Of a DNA stretch of 64,000 nt, positions 40,103 through 52,375 are shown piece after piece. The stretch comes from Gonapodya sp. JEL0774. Taxonomy: Eukaryota. A model generated the notes under the pieces. The model had not been told where the DNA came from. It did not search any database and saw only the letters and a program-made list of their open reading frames with translations. The position numbers and the translations under genes are program-made. How positions within the stretch are numbered: the stretch's first letter is position 1; each line of letters opens with the position of its first letter. The DNA lies in the NCBI GenBank assembly GCA_027604505.1, contig JADIIX010000046.1:1-64000 (forward strand), written 5' to 3'.

Positions 40103-42271
40103 TCACCACCCCGCCTCTTCCACTTCATCCACCAACTCTCGCGGCACCGACACTGCACTCCGGCCCGGTGCACCGGTCAACCCCGAACGAACTCCCGTGC
40201 CGTCGATCCACGACGAGATCAATTCCCACGGTTCGGCATCGAGACTCGAAGTGGGCGTTTGGGGGCGTGAAGACGAGGATGCGGGTAGAGGTGCAAGCTC
40301 AGAGACGGGAATGGCGGTGGGCGCGATGGTGACAGATGGGGTTTGAAGAGGGTCTTGTGGAGCGGGTAGTGGATGGGTAGCTGGTGGGGCGATAGGTGTG
40401 AAAAGCACCGTGGGAGGGGGAGTTTTGACCGGATTTGGGGGCATGGTCGTCTTGTTGTCCATCCCGACTGGACCACCCCCGCCACTCCCGCTCCCCTCTT
40501 CGGCTACAGTCCGAACAACCTCCCCATCAGTTGTGACATCCGCTGTCTTCACTTTCCTCGCCACAGACGATGCCCTCATTTCGATCCACTCCTCATCTCC
40601 ATCCGTCCCTGCCGCCGCACTGGTCCCCTTGCCCCTCTCCCTTTCCCTGTCCCCCACACTCTCCACCACTTCCCGCCTCTCAGCTCTTCGAGCTTCTCTG
40701 CCCACACCAAACCCGTCCACCATGACTGTCCCGACACCGCACTGTGCCACAGCACACCCGAGGGCGCCTGCAAATGCCCCAGATCGCACCATGAGGGCGA
40801 ACGGGAGGGCGAAGGCGAGGAGCAGGGATGGATTGGTGGGGTGGAGGTAGGGGGGAGGTGGGTGCGGGTTGCGGGGGAGGCGGGAGAGGTATCTTTGTGG
40901 CGGGGTTGTAGTGGTCAGTGGACGAGCGAGGGTTTCGCAGGGGTGAGGTGAAGCGAGGATGAAGATATGAGGAAATGTTTCGGGAGGGGTGTTTGATTTT
41001 AAGGCAAAGAGTCCCTTTAAGGTTTTGTGACAGCTCAACGGGCTCTTCCGATCACAGCATTTGATACCGCTCACGGAAATACCACCGACACTCATCACCA
41101 CCCGCACCACACGTGCCCCGTTGCCGGTGGCTACGCGCTTCTAGGCATCTCAACTCACGGTTCACATATCTCCCTGACCATGACCGCAGCCCCGTCGAGC
41201 GTGACAAATACCTTGATAGTTGTTTGGGGGTCCACGCACACGAGTGCAACCAGTGCGACTGAGAGGACTGTTCCGGGAGTGGCGCCAGCGTTGAAGTATA
41301 GAAAGAGTGCGAGGGAGGTAGGGTAGACAAGACGACCGAGGACGGGAACGTTTGACAGGAGGAAGAGGAGGAGGTGTAATGTAAGGCGGCGCGATTGCCG
41401 GCGGAGGTAGGAGAGGATTTGGCGGACGGGGGCGCGCGAGGGAGGGACATTGCGGAGAGTAGAGGGGTGGGGGTAGAGGGGGGCGTAGGTGGGGTTGAGT
41501 GGGATACCCGAGGTGTTGGTGGTGGGGACAAAGGGAAGGCCACTTGGTGGGGGAGAAGGAAGGTTTGTTCTTAGTTGATAGTTTAAACGCAAAAAAGAGA
41601 CAGATGTTGGAATCTAGAATGATAGTTACGTGAAAAAGAGGTCGTCGAGGTGGCTCGAGTAGAGATAGCGGACCTTCATCGTCATTCCCACAGCAAATGA
41701 GGGCAGAAAATGAGCATTAACTCGAACACCTTCACTCTCCATTAACAGAGAAAGCAGCAAAACAAATCTTGATTTTAATTAGTTCCGACGGTTGGATGCT
41801 TACCAGAAAAAGAGGTACATCAGGAACCACTGCCGTGACCCACTTCGCAATACGATCGACTGTGTCTGGCAGTCCGGTCCACCCCACAGACCAGGCCACG
41901 GACCATGCAAGAAGCTTTGCGGGTGCGAGTACTACTAGCCAGCATGCAGCTGAGACCGCTGAATAACCGATAGCCAGAATGATCAGGGAGCAAAGGACTC
42001 GATGTCGCAACTCGGCAACAGTGATCCCAGATGCTGCAGCGACAAAGGCCAGCGAGATGCCTCGTACAGAAGAAGATGAGACCGACTTTCGCGTCAAAAC
42101 GTGCTGTTCTTGGGCCTCCACCGAGTCGCGGTGTCGCTCTCCCAACGTCGGCCCAACCCAGCTGTGGAATATCGACCCCTCCGAGTCCGTGCGAACGAGC
42201 TTAAAAATGCGCAATAGAATTCCCTGCTCGCTCTCAAGAAATTCCGGAATAAACGTGGATTCACTCGACAT
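40103..42271 (-). CDS. UsgS-like multi-pass membrane protein, multi-exon
   Basis: VPLFL|..RYLYSSHLDDLFF, LLSNVPVLGRLVYP and VREICEP|YLSRL resemble fungal UsgS transmembrane proteins; several hydrophobic segments. Confidence 0.6.
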
Positions 42272-42757
42272 GTCGTTTAGTTTATCGACGGCTGCAGGGG
42301 GGAAGGATCACACGGACTGACGGGGATAAGCTGGTCAGGCCCGGCCACAGAGCCCCGGACTTACGTCAAACAAATGCGAGCTTTTGAGCTTTCGAATATT
42401 TTTCTTCGTTTCAAGAACGGAAATCTGAAATAGTCTATGGACAACACTGCGGAGTTTGCGCTACTTACTTCCCTAGCAACGGTAAGTAATCGCCCTGAAC
42501 AGAAAAGCTGATACTAACTCGCCACAAGAGGTCACAAAATTGAGTGAGATGTGTGTGCAACCACAACATCCGCGATTCGGGTCATAAGGTATTGTATTGC
42601 TATAATGTCACAAATGCGTCGAGGGTTACACAATATTGCACAATGGAAGTCACGTAATCTCAATCCATCCGCGACTTGATAATGCCCCAATGGGAAAAGA
42701 AAGCACCGCTGTCGACCCACGCACACCAGCAATCCACATCCATCAATTGGTCCGATC

Positions 42758-45700
42758 TCACATCGCAAAACCATCCCCAATCAAGACGAGCGCCGCCATC
42801 CGTTCCTCCTCCTTTGTCGTAGTCAGTTCGCACAACGATTCGGCCTGAAAAGTGCAAGCACAAGAAGAGAGGAGCGTACGTGGGATGGGATGATTTCTTC
42901 TGACTCCGCAATCCCCCCTTGCCCGTTGGCGGGCTTTCCCAATTCTACTCACCTTCCCTTCCCTCTCCGCCCGCGTTGCCGCAATCCTCGCCGACATGAT
43001 CTTCCACATCACCTTTCGCCGAAGTTCCGCAGCTCGAATCTCTTCCTGCGTGGATCCCAACTTGACGTTTCCCCGCCCACCATTCACCGCCTCAATTTCC
43101 AGACGCTGCTTCAGGGCACCCAAATCGGGCAGCGAGCTGGAGACAGTGCCTGTGCCAGAACCGGATCCCGACGCACCCGTACCAGGCTCCAAAGCCGCAA
43201 TGTATTCCAGAAGGAGAGAACCTCCTTCGGGCCACGACGTCACGACGCTCGTATCTGCAAATCGAGACAGAAGCGATTTCAAGGATGCATGTTGTCCTGT
43301 GCACGCGAGCACGAACAGAAAGTGCGTGGTGAGATAGTAGCCGCACGAGAAAAAGTTCAACAAACACGATCATCAACAAACCGTTCAAAATGAGCTCCGG
43401 CGCCAGATTGCCGACAATGAGCGCGTGCGCGTCGTTCCACTTTCGAGCGTCGATGAGGTGGGCAACTTGCCTTCGAATGTCACCCATGTAGCCCGCTCGA
43501 AGCGCCTGCGAAAAATTCAACCACCGCCATCAAACAAAAGCTCAAACGGCGACCGAAAAAAACCCCTCAAAAAACCTCGTTTAAGTACCTTCGCCTCGTG
43601 AATCCATGTCTCTGGTATCTTCAGCGTCTCCGTGAGGAACGTCCACCTTTTTGTTGCTACAGAGTGGGAGGACCCAGCTACCGGCTCGATGCTCACCACG
43701 TCGAGCATGTCTTCGTCGTTTGGTACCAACCACTCCAGGCTGCCGAAGTGATCTGCCTGCGCTCCGCTCACGTGGTCAAAGGGTAGATGAGTGTTGAGGA
43801 GATATCGGATCGCAGATTCTCGACTGGTCGCGGGGGACAGGCGCAAAAAACAACCGACATTGTGGTTATGCATAACGAAAACGTACTACTGTACCTGAGC
43901 GGAGAGCACTCTCACCTTTCGGGCCTCCCCAAAAATGAACACGCGAATATAGCCCAATGCCACAATCCAATCGCTTCCAACTGGAAAACCATCCCCATAG
44001 TCAATCGATCCGCCGCCTCGACCGCGACATCCTGGCTGTTCCACTCGGTTTCCATCTCGGGACTGTCGTCGCCGTTGTGATCCGTACGAGCTCCCGCGAA
44101 TGTGCCAACTGGAGGATTCCGTGATGACATCACAGAATGGAGAAGCCAAGGCACTCGGCAGTCAAGTGCACGGGGGGACGCGTTCAGAGGGTTGAGCGCT
44201 CTCTCAAGAGGATACGAGGGGTCGGCATACAATCGAAGCATATGGTAGAGAATGTCCTTCCTGTCCAACAACTCGGAACTCCTTCGTCGACTCCCGTTCC
44301 TTGACGAGAGCTCAAGGTAGCTGGGTCGAGGATCGGCCACACCTTGGATTTGCGAGCGGGCAATGTCATATGCTTCCAACGCTTCTGCAACTGTCGCTCC
44401 TCCGCCCTTTCCGTACCACAGAAACAAACCAAATGTACGTTTCCAATCGGTCACCTCACTCAAAATGTTCGTGGAGGCAACGTTGCCACTTGCAAGCTGC
44501 CAAACGCGCATATAATCCTTGGAAAGTAAATCTTGACCCTGATTTGTGGTCCATTTTTGAAGCTGTGCTTCCACAGCACTCATCGTCTGGACACTCAGCT
44601 GGCCACTTCCTGGAATTCCATGCCCAGAAGCGCCGTCTTGCCGGTTGGCAAGTGCAGACGTCGCTCGCGGGCTTACCAGAGGCCCGACACCACTTCCGCC
44701 CATTTGGCTGACAATAGTGGCAAGTCGAAGATCCCTATTGCGCACAAGCTGCTGACATGCTCGAGCGACCTGTCGGCCCGTGAGAAGGGCAAACACCGTC
44801 TTGATGCCAGAGTTCCTGTCCGCTTTCACGGTATCGACTGAGTTCTCCATGTCCTTCCGTACTGCTTCTTTGAGCCAAGCAGTGATGGCCTCCTTTCGCC
44901 AGCGCTGTGCAATGAGGCTTTTTTGCTCCTCACTGAGTTGGACATCACCTGGTAAATCACTTGTGACGCCTGGAATGTCAAGCGGATCCCAAAGAGCGGA
45001 TGACAGGTTCCACACGAGTCTCTCAGCTGCATCGTACAAAGACCCTTCTTGGCCCACTTCCTCGCAAAAGCTAGCAAACTTTATATCGGCATTGACAGAG
45101 ATTGAAGGGGCGCCATCCAAGAAGCCGTTGTGAACGCGGTGGATGTCAGCATTCTTGAGTAGCACCTTCATCGTCCCGACGTGCTGCTCTCGCGGTTTCG
45201 GCAGGTTGCGCTTATCTGTTGTTCCGAAAATGTCGTGTTGGAAAAGAACCACAGTCGAGCAATCATATTTCTGATCGCGCGGTTCAGAAATTGCCTTTCC
45301 TCTGCCCAAGAAGATTCCGCCGGGTCCCCAACCAACGCGAAAACTGCGTCCCAAGGAGAGACCAGAGTCGACAAACTGAGCTTCAGATCCGGAAGGAGAA
45401 TTCAGGACATGGGAGAAGCGTATGCGAGGCACCACCCCGAGATGTCGCAAGGGCGGTTGAGAACGTGGAAGCAAATCCTACGTGCGGGTAGTCAAGAAAA
45501 ATGGACAAACTGGTTATTATTCGTTAAAGCATGAACAGCAAACTCTTCTAAACTACATCGAAGGCCGTCACAGCAAACTAAACTATGTTGCGCAGAACCC
45601 TCACCTCATCAAAGAACAGCTGTGGTGCCCTGACAACCTGTTTTCCTTTCTCGGCAGCGATCGTGGTTTCGTCCATCTGTTCGTCCTCGTCACGGTCAAA

Positions 45701-48700
45701 TTCCTCTTCAACTTGTTGGGCGTCCTCCTCATACTCTTGAAAGTCTTCCGGCTCCAATCTGTGTCCGACCGACGCCCTTATATCCGGGACGACCTGTGCT
45801 GAAGGCTGCACTCTACCGGCGCGCGGCGCCTCCACGGTGTCGGGCACCCTGGATCTGCGTTGGTTGACATCAGATGAGCCTGCCCGCCCGAAATGGATGC
45901 TAGCTTTTGCGGCTTGTACATTTCGTGCAATTTCCGGTGATGCGTCCGCAAGTCCTGAAGCCATGTGGGCTTGGCCCATCGTTCTTCCAGCGGCAACGCC
46001 AGAGTCACTGGCAAACAAGGGCTGGGGAACAATTTCGCTGTCGTCCTCAAAGAACGAGCTTTGCCGCCGCGAAAAGTTCCCTTCTTCAAAATCCTGCTCA
46101 ATGTCCTCTTCCCCTTCCTCTTGATCTTCCACTCCTTCATCCAAGACTTCCGTTATGAGGTCAATCTCTCGAACAATGCGCCTCCCTTCCATAAACGCAA
46201 ACGAGTTTTCAATAAAAGTGGCGTCCATTTCTTCCACATCATCATCTGAACCTGCTATCAGAGGTCGGACGAGGGTCTTACCATCTCTTGTTGGCCCCCC
46301 AGTCGAGGCTACTGGTTGATTGTTCGCTGTCGAGGTGGCTGGTTTGACGCTTCCACGAGTCCCACCACCCGCCACTGGATACTCTTTTTCGTCGTCGTCG
46401 TCCAACAACCCATACCGCGAAAAGTGAGCTACTTTAAAAGTCCATGTGCCGGTCGCGAGTACGTAGCTCACAAAGTCAGTCTCCGGTTTTGCCCTGAGTT
46501 TCCTGACAAAAGCGTCCGCCAAAGGGCCATCCACTTTAACATCCTTGCGAGTGTTGGGGTCTCTTGGCCAGCAACCTTCGAGTGAAATCTCGGCATTCAC
46601 GTTCAGCCCTTCCCCTCGAGGGTCTGCGGAATCGTCATCTGGATACACAGTAAGCTCTTTCGGAGTGAAAGTAACGATAGTGCCAGGAATATCACGGATC
46701 CTCCGCTTATTGCCCTTCGCCGCCTTCATTAGGTCTACTGGCTTGAGAAACTTCACCTTGCCGAAACCTTTCGCTGTGACCACGAAGTCCTTGACATGTG
46801 TCAGCTCCTCGTCACTCATCCTCATGATTTCGTCCATTGGAGGAGAGGTCGAGTAGTCCGAAGGATCTGGAACTGCTTTCCGAGTAGGCGGCGGAGACAA
46901 AGAAGATGGGTTATTTGATGTTACTCGAGTCTGATCGGAATATGTTGGTGGTGTCGAAACATTGTCTGCCCTTCCTGGCGCTCCATTCACAGAATCTTTG
47001 CCTTTGTTACGTTCGTCTTGCGCAGCAGGAATCACAAGTTGCCCTGATCCGGCGGAAAAGCCAGGTCTTCCTCCCATGAAGCTCCCATCAGCTGCTTCCG
47101 AACTCCTGACACTCCTCTCCACTTCTTCAACGTCCTCCCAGTCCAACCTCTTCCAGCTCTTCTTCGGTACAAACAACTCTGGTGCAAGCAAATCCGTACC
47201 GTGAGAGTCAGAGCCCCAGGCTGAGCCTCTCTCGCTAGGGGGCACAGCCGGAACTCCACGAAGGGCGAGACGTGTTGCTGCTCGAGGAGTCGTTCGGAAC
47301 TGGGGTACGGGTGCAGGCCGTTTCTTCGACGCAGCAAGAGGAGTAAACGCTGGGGTTTGAGCGGGCGCTGACGCCCCCAACAACGCCGGAACAGCCGGCA
47401 CCGACCCATACGGGTTCTTATCGACCTCAGCCTGAAGACTTCCGACGGGGCCTCCGGCATTGTATCCGAAGGGACCTGAAGCCCCAAAGAGACCACCGGC
47501 CTGCTGTCCAAACGTCGAGTTGGTCCCAAACAAGGACCCGGATCCTGGTTGTGTAGATTGCATGCCGAAACCACTGAACCCGGTGCCTACTGATTGTGCA
47601 AGCGGCTGAGTAGTTAGCGCCGGCGCACCGAATCCTGAACCAGCTCCAAATGAGAACCCGCCCGTGGTCGGTGGCTTTGGTGCTCCAAAGCTGGAGCCGA
47701 AGGCACCGGCAGTGCCGCCAAACAAGCCCCCCGTAGGAGCCGCAGGATTCCCGAATAGTCCCGCCCCAGTGGCTGCCGGTTGAGTCGCTGTTCCGAAAGC
47801 ACCTGCTCCACCAAAGAGTGACCCCGCTGCCTGTGTCGCAGCAGGGGCACCAAAGCCGAATCCTCCTGCAGCTGGCTGCTGAGGAGCACCGAAGCTGAAG
47901 GCCTGCGTGGGGGCGGCAGGAGCTGCGCTAGTCGCGGCACCGAAGCTGAAGCCACCTGTGGTGGGGGCTGGGAGTTGCAGGGACGAGAAAAGAAAGTACA
48001 AGGTCAGTATATCGCAAGCCAAACGAACATGAAGATCACCAGCACAAGCAGCATCGACATCAGACACTCACGTTTAGCACCAAACAATCCTCCAGAGGAA
48101 GTCGCGGGTGCTCCGAATCCGAACGAACTCGTTGGAGCCTGCGTGGTCGCAGCCGCAGCGCCGAACCCGCCAAACGCTGTTGCCTGTGTAGTTGCGGGTT
48201 TCTGCCCAAACAGACTTCCACCAGCCGGTGCGGCTCCGAAACCTCCACCGAATGCGGGGGCCGCAGCGGGCGCGCCAAAGAGGGATGGTGCTGCGGTGCT
48301 CGTGGCGGGAGCTCCAAAGCTGAAGGGAGACGCAGCAGGGGCAGAGGAGGCCGGTGCTGGTAAATTGAGGACGGTTTCAGAAACACGATGACAATCGGAA
48401 ACACCAGAGGTTGCGAAAACCACCTACCTCCAAATCCAAATCCTCCTGTGGCAGGCGCGGAGCCAAACGCTCCTGCTTGCGGCTGGGCTCCAAATGCTCC
48501 TGCTGCCGGCTGCTGCTGTCCAAACCCGAATCCGGTCGCGGCAGGTTGTGCTGGCTGGCCAAACAGGCTCCCACCCGTCGCAGCGGGTTGCCCGAACCCG
48601 AACCCACCTGTCGCAGGTTGGCTAGTCGCGGGGGCGCCAAATGGTGACGCAGCCGCGGGAGCGCCAAAGAGGCCACCTGTGGCGGGCTGGGTGGTGGCGG

Positions 48701-49973
48701 CGCCGAAACCAAAGCCACCGGACGCTGGTTGAGCTGCACCGAAGAGACCGCCGGAAGCGGGAGCGGCACCAGCGGTTTTCCTGCCAAGCTCGTAATCTTT
48801 GAGGCGGAGTTCCTGCATGGGTTGGGAGCAGACGACGGACCATTGTTGGTCGGTGAAAAGTGGTGAGAGTTCCCCTAAGCGTTACTCCGTCCAAACTCAC
48901 CTCTAACGACCATTTTTTGTACGCATCCATAGCGGTTATCGTCTGGAAATTACCCTGCGAAAGAGACGCCGCTGTATCCCTGTCAGCGGTCTGCTGAAAC
49001 TTTGGGTTCCCTGTTCCGTTGTTGGCTGCATCTGATGTCATTCCACCAGCGGCTGCACCAGCGCCGAACCCGAAGCCTTGAGCGGCGGGTTGTGCGGGAG
49101 CACCAAAGGGAGCTGCGCCGCCAAACGAGAAGGCGGGTGCGGTGGTGGCTGGTGGGCGGGCTCCAAAGAGGGAGTTGGTGGGGGCCCCAAAGGCTGAGGG
49201 TGCGGCGGCTAGTCGGACAGTAAATCAAGCGACGTCGTGTATCGTATGGGAGAAAATATCAAGTCAGAGGTTAGAGAATGGTGTCGAACGCGTAACCTAG
49301 TGCACTCGAGTCGGTGCCGCATGGAAGGAGAGAGTCCACTACCTGTCCCGCACTGCGCTCCTGTCCCAAATAATGGTTGAAACATACCTTGGGTGGCTGC
49401 TCCAAATGAGAAAGCTGATGGTGCTTGGGTTGCAGCTGGAGCGCCAAAGAGACCTCCTGTAGGGCGAGGGGCACCGAAGCCACCTGCGCCAAAAGCTGTC
49501 GGTTAGTAAAGATAAAGGTTTTCGGTGGAATCGGAGAAGATTGAAGGCGAATGTCCATTAGCGCTGGAGTTATGCTTTGAACATTCCAGGAACGAAGATA
49601 CTCACTGCTGGCAGCTCCTCCAAAGAGACCCCCAGACTGTTGTGGAGCCTGTGCTGCACCGAAACCACCAAATGCTGATGGCTGACCTGCCGGAGCTCCA
49701 AATGCTGTGTAAGGTACAAAGGGAGGGTGGGTGCGGAGCAGAATTGGAGGGAGCAGGAAAAGAAGGCAGTCCATGCATCAGTAAAATTGAATCACTGGGA
49801 GTTCCTGGAGTTCCAGGCAAACTCTGGTCCAGGCCGCGACACTAGGCGGCCTGGAGGGGTAGGGAGAGGTGAAACTGACCAGTAGGCTGCGCGCCGAAAG
49901 CAGGGGCTGGCTGCTGCGGAGCGCCAAAGAGCGACTGCTGCTGAGGCTGCTGCTGCTGTCCGAAATTAAACAT
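42758..49973 (-). CDS. NUP98: Nup98-Nup96 nucleoporin precursor (FG repeats, GLEBS, autoprotease domain, Nup96)
   Basis: Start MFNFGQQQQ (ATG 49973); many FG/GLFG/SLFG repeats; GLEBS NNGTGNPKF...FQTITAMDAYKKWSLE|ELRLKDYELGRK; autoprotease GFGKVKFL.PVDL...GEGLNV.AEISL..CWP...WTFKVAHF/SRYGL; Nup96 GRSFRVGWGPGG, DWKRTFGLFLWYG, QLEAIGLWHWAIF, LKIPETWIHEAK. Confidence 0.97.
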
Positions 49974-50562
49974 GATGGTGAGTCTCCCGGGTTTTCAGAG
50001 GAGCCGATTTTGAACGGAGAATGAGCCCGCGAATAATGGGGGCGATGGCGACGACAGAGAACGCCTGTGCTGGATCTCCACTCAAAAACAGCGACGCTGC
50101 CGAATCGACTGGGATAATTGAATGAATGCGGGCGGCGACTGTGACGATTGGGGTCTGGTTTTTGAAGGGAAGAACACACTGAATCCGCGAAAGTGCACAG
50201 GCTCATGGAGCATTCAGTGATCAGCGATTCAGCAGTCAGTACAACAACTCGCCCAAGGAAATATGAAAGAAAATCAAACAAAGTGCGAAGTTTATATAAC
50301 TGGTCATGTCCTAATCCTCTGCCATGAACATAGAACGGGCAGGATCGCAAAGCGAATTGCAGCAGCTTACTAGATTAAAATATTGGCGAATGCATATATA
50401 CACACTAAGTAGTTTGCGTCATAAAATATGTGATGCTCGTGTTGGTTGCTCAACTCCAATTCGTGGTTACCGCGTTATGTACCTCTCTTCGATGACAATA
50501 TCCATTCCCAACGGGCACAAATACATGCCGTAGGTGATTTCCTTAGACTTCACTTCGACAGG

Positions 50563-52014
50563 TCAAGCTGAAGCTTGGATTTGGTTTGAATTTGAAGTAG
50601 TTCCAGGGGAGGACTCTGCCGGTCCAGAAGAAAGAGGCGCCAAGTACGTGAGCGGAAATACTCCCGAAGACTTTGTAACGGTGTTGAAGCCCTGCACCAA
50701 AGGAATTCGCAACAGCGTGTTCACAGACAAGTTGAAATTTCAACTGCTCACCAGGCCCCATCCGTCTACAAATGCAAGGCTCACAAACACAGAATCTCCT
50801 ACAATGAGTCTCATTTCGTCTGGTGCTGTGGGCTCAAAGTTAGCTACAGCTACCATCTTGGTGCGCACTTTGGTCGGTGCTTCCGAATGGACGGTGGTCA
50901 TTGCACGAGCGTGTCGGTCGCGAAGTGCCCTATTCTGTTCACGGAGGGCTTCAGCTTCCACCCGAAGTGCATTGTTGTCGCTGACGAATTGGCTTCGCAA
51001 TTGTATTTCAGCCAGGAGGGCGGCTTTGTCATTCAATAACTGTTGGTGTTCTGCGCTGGCGCGATCCAGGCGGTCGATGCGGCTACATTTGATGGACCAA
51101 ACAATTATGGATGCACAGAATCTAGTATCAGGGACACATCAACGTTGCAGGCGTTGCAGCTCGTACCTTGCATGGGCGGCTTCCAATTCCAAGCAGCGAG
51201 CTTCCAACTGTCGTCTTCTCTCTTCGAGTTCCACAATGCGAGCCTCAGCCGCGGCGAGTACCTCCATTTCTTCAGCAGTAAAGCGTGGGGCAGATTGTTC
51301 GACATTTTGGACATCCGCTGTATGAGAGGGAGAGACCGTCACCGGTGGCGACGGCAATTGCGGAGGGAGAAGAGCTTTCTTGAAATGCGCATCCAGTAGT
51401 TTGAAAATCTTGCGACCCGGGTAGTTTCTGGCGGCATCAAGCTCTCGGGGGGTGACCTTTGCACCAAATTCTAGAACCAGTTGGACCATTTCCAGCGACG
51501 GCCGCATCTGGTGAAGAAGCCGCACATCATCCGGCTGTTGTAGACCGGTGAGACTAACATGGCTTCCCCGGAAGTTTATGCTGACTTTGCCGCCGGGGCG
51601 TGGAATGCTTGAGATCGATTTCTGAACCATATCAACAGCGTTCCCAGCGCGGGCCACCGCCATCGTCAGTAAGCTCGGAAACGACATAATTTCTCGCCAT
51701 CGTCTTTCCCAGATCGCTGGTGTCCAATTGCGATTGCAGTTCGCGATGGTCCAAGTGACACCGTCATTCACATCGAACCCGTCAGCGCGGGCTTCCAGAA
51801 GCGCCCTGACAACGTCCAAATGTCCGTGCATGATGGCGAGTGTGATACAGCTCTCGCAATCATTGGTGTCTGTTTTCACTTCCGATCCTACTGTGACCCG
51901 TATCGAGACTTTCTTTCTCGTGGTCACCTTGGCTCCGGCCGCGAGTAATCGCCGTACTTCCACCACGTTTCCATTCTCAACGGCATCGATAAGCTGAGCA
52001 TCCAGATCGCTCAT
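50563..52014 (-). CDS. Ankyrin-like N-terminal domain + coiled coil + SH3 protein (paralog of 34432-36054)
   Basis: MSDLDAQLIDAVENGNVVEVRRLLAAGA, ESCITLAIMHGHLDVVRALLEA, coiled coil, SH3 AVANFEPTAPDEMRLIVGDSVFVSLAFVDGWGL|GFNTVTKSSGVFPLTYL. Stop at 50563-50565. Confidence 0.8.
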
Positions 52015-52375
52015 CGTTTCGGCAGTATGCATCTCTGTGAGATGGTTGAGAACTTAGGTTCTGTGGTGGTGAAATTATGTCTACCAGATCAAAAATTCCT
52101 CGCTGAACTGCACACTTCACCAACACCCTATATTTTCAGACTAGAGAATTGTATAAGGAATGGTACAGTGATTTGTTTGTGTGACTGTCACCGACCGCAA
52201 GTGTTCAAAGTACAATGCGGACATCCCCGCCGACGCGGGTCATTTCTACTGAACAACGTCGGGCGATGAAACTTCTGCTTTATTATTGGGTTCACCGACT
52301 ATTGATGCAAACCTGAAATTGGTCGGGGATAAGCGTTTTTGAGCTTCAGGAAACCCGGCTGCTCCGAGCTCTTGT

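Noticed and set aside
47975..49223. Plus-strand ORFs rich in PN/PK repeats, also at 53207-53740 (+) and 57179-57928 (-)
   Set aside because: Antisense shadows of FG-repeat exons on the opposite strand.
50534..51325. 263-aa plus-strand ORF
   Set aside because: Antisense shadow of the coiled-coil/SH3 exons.
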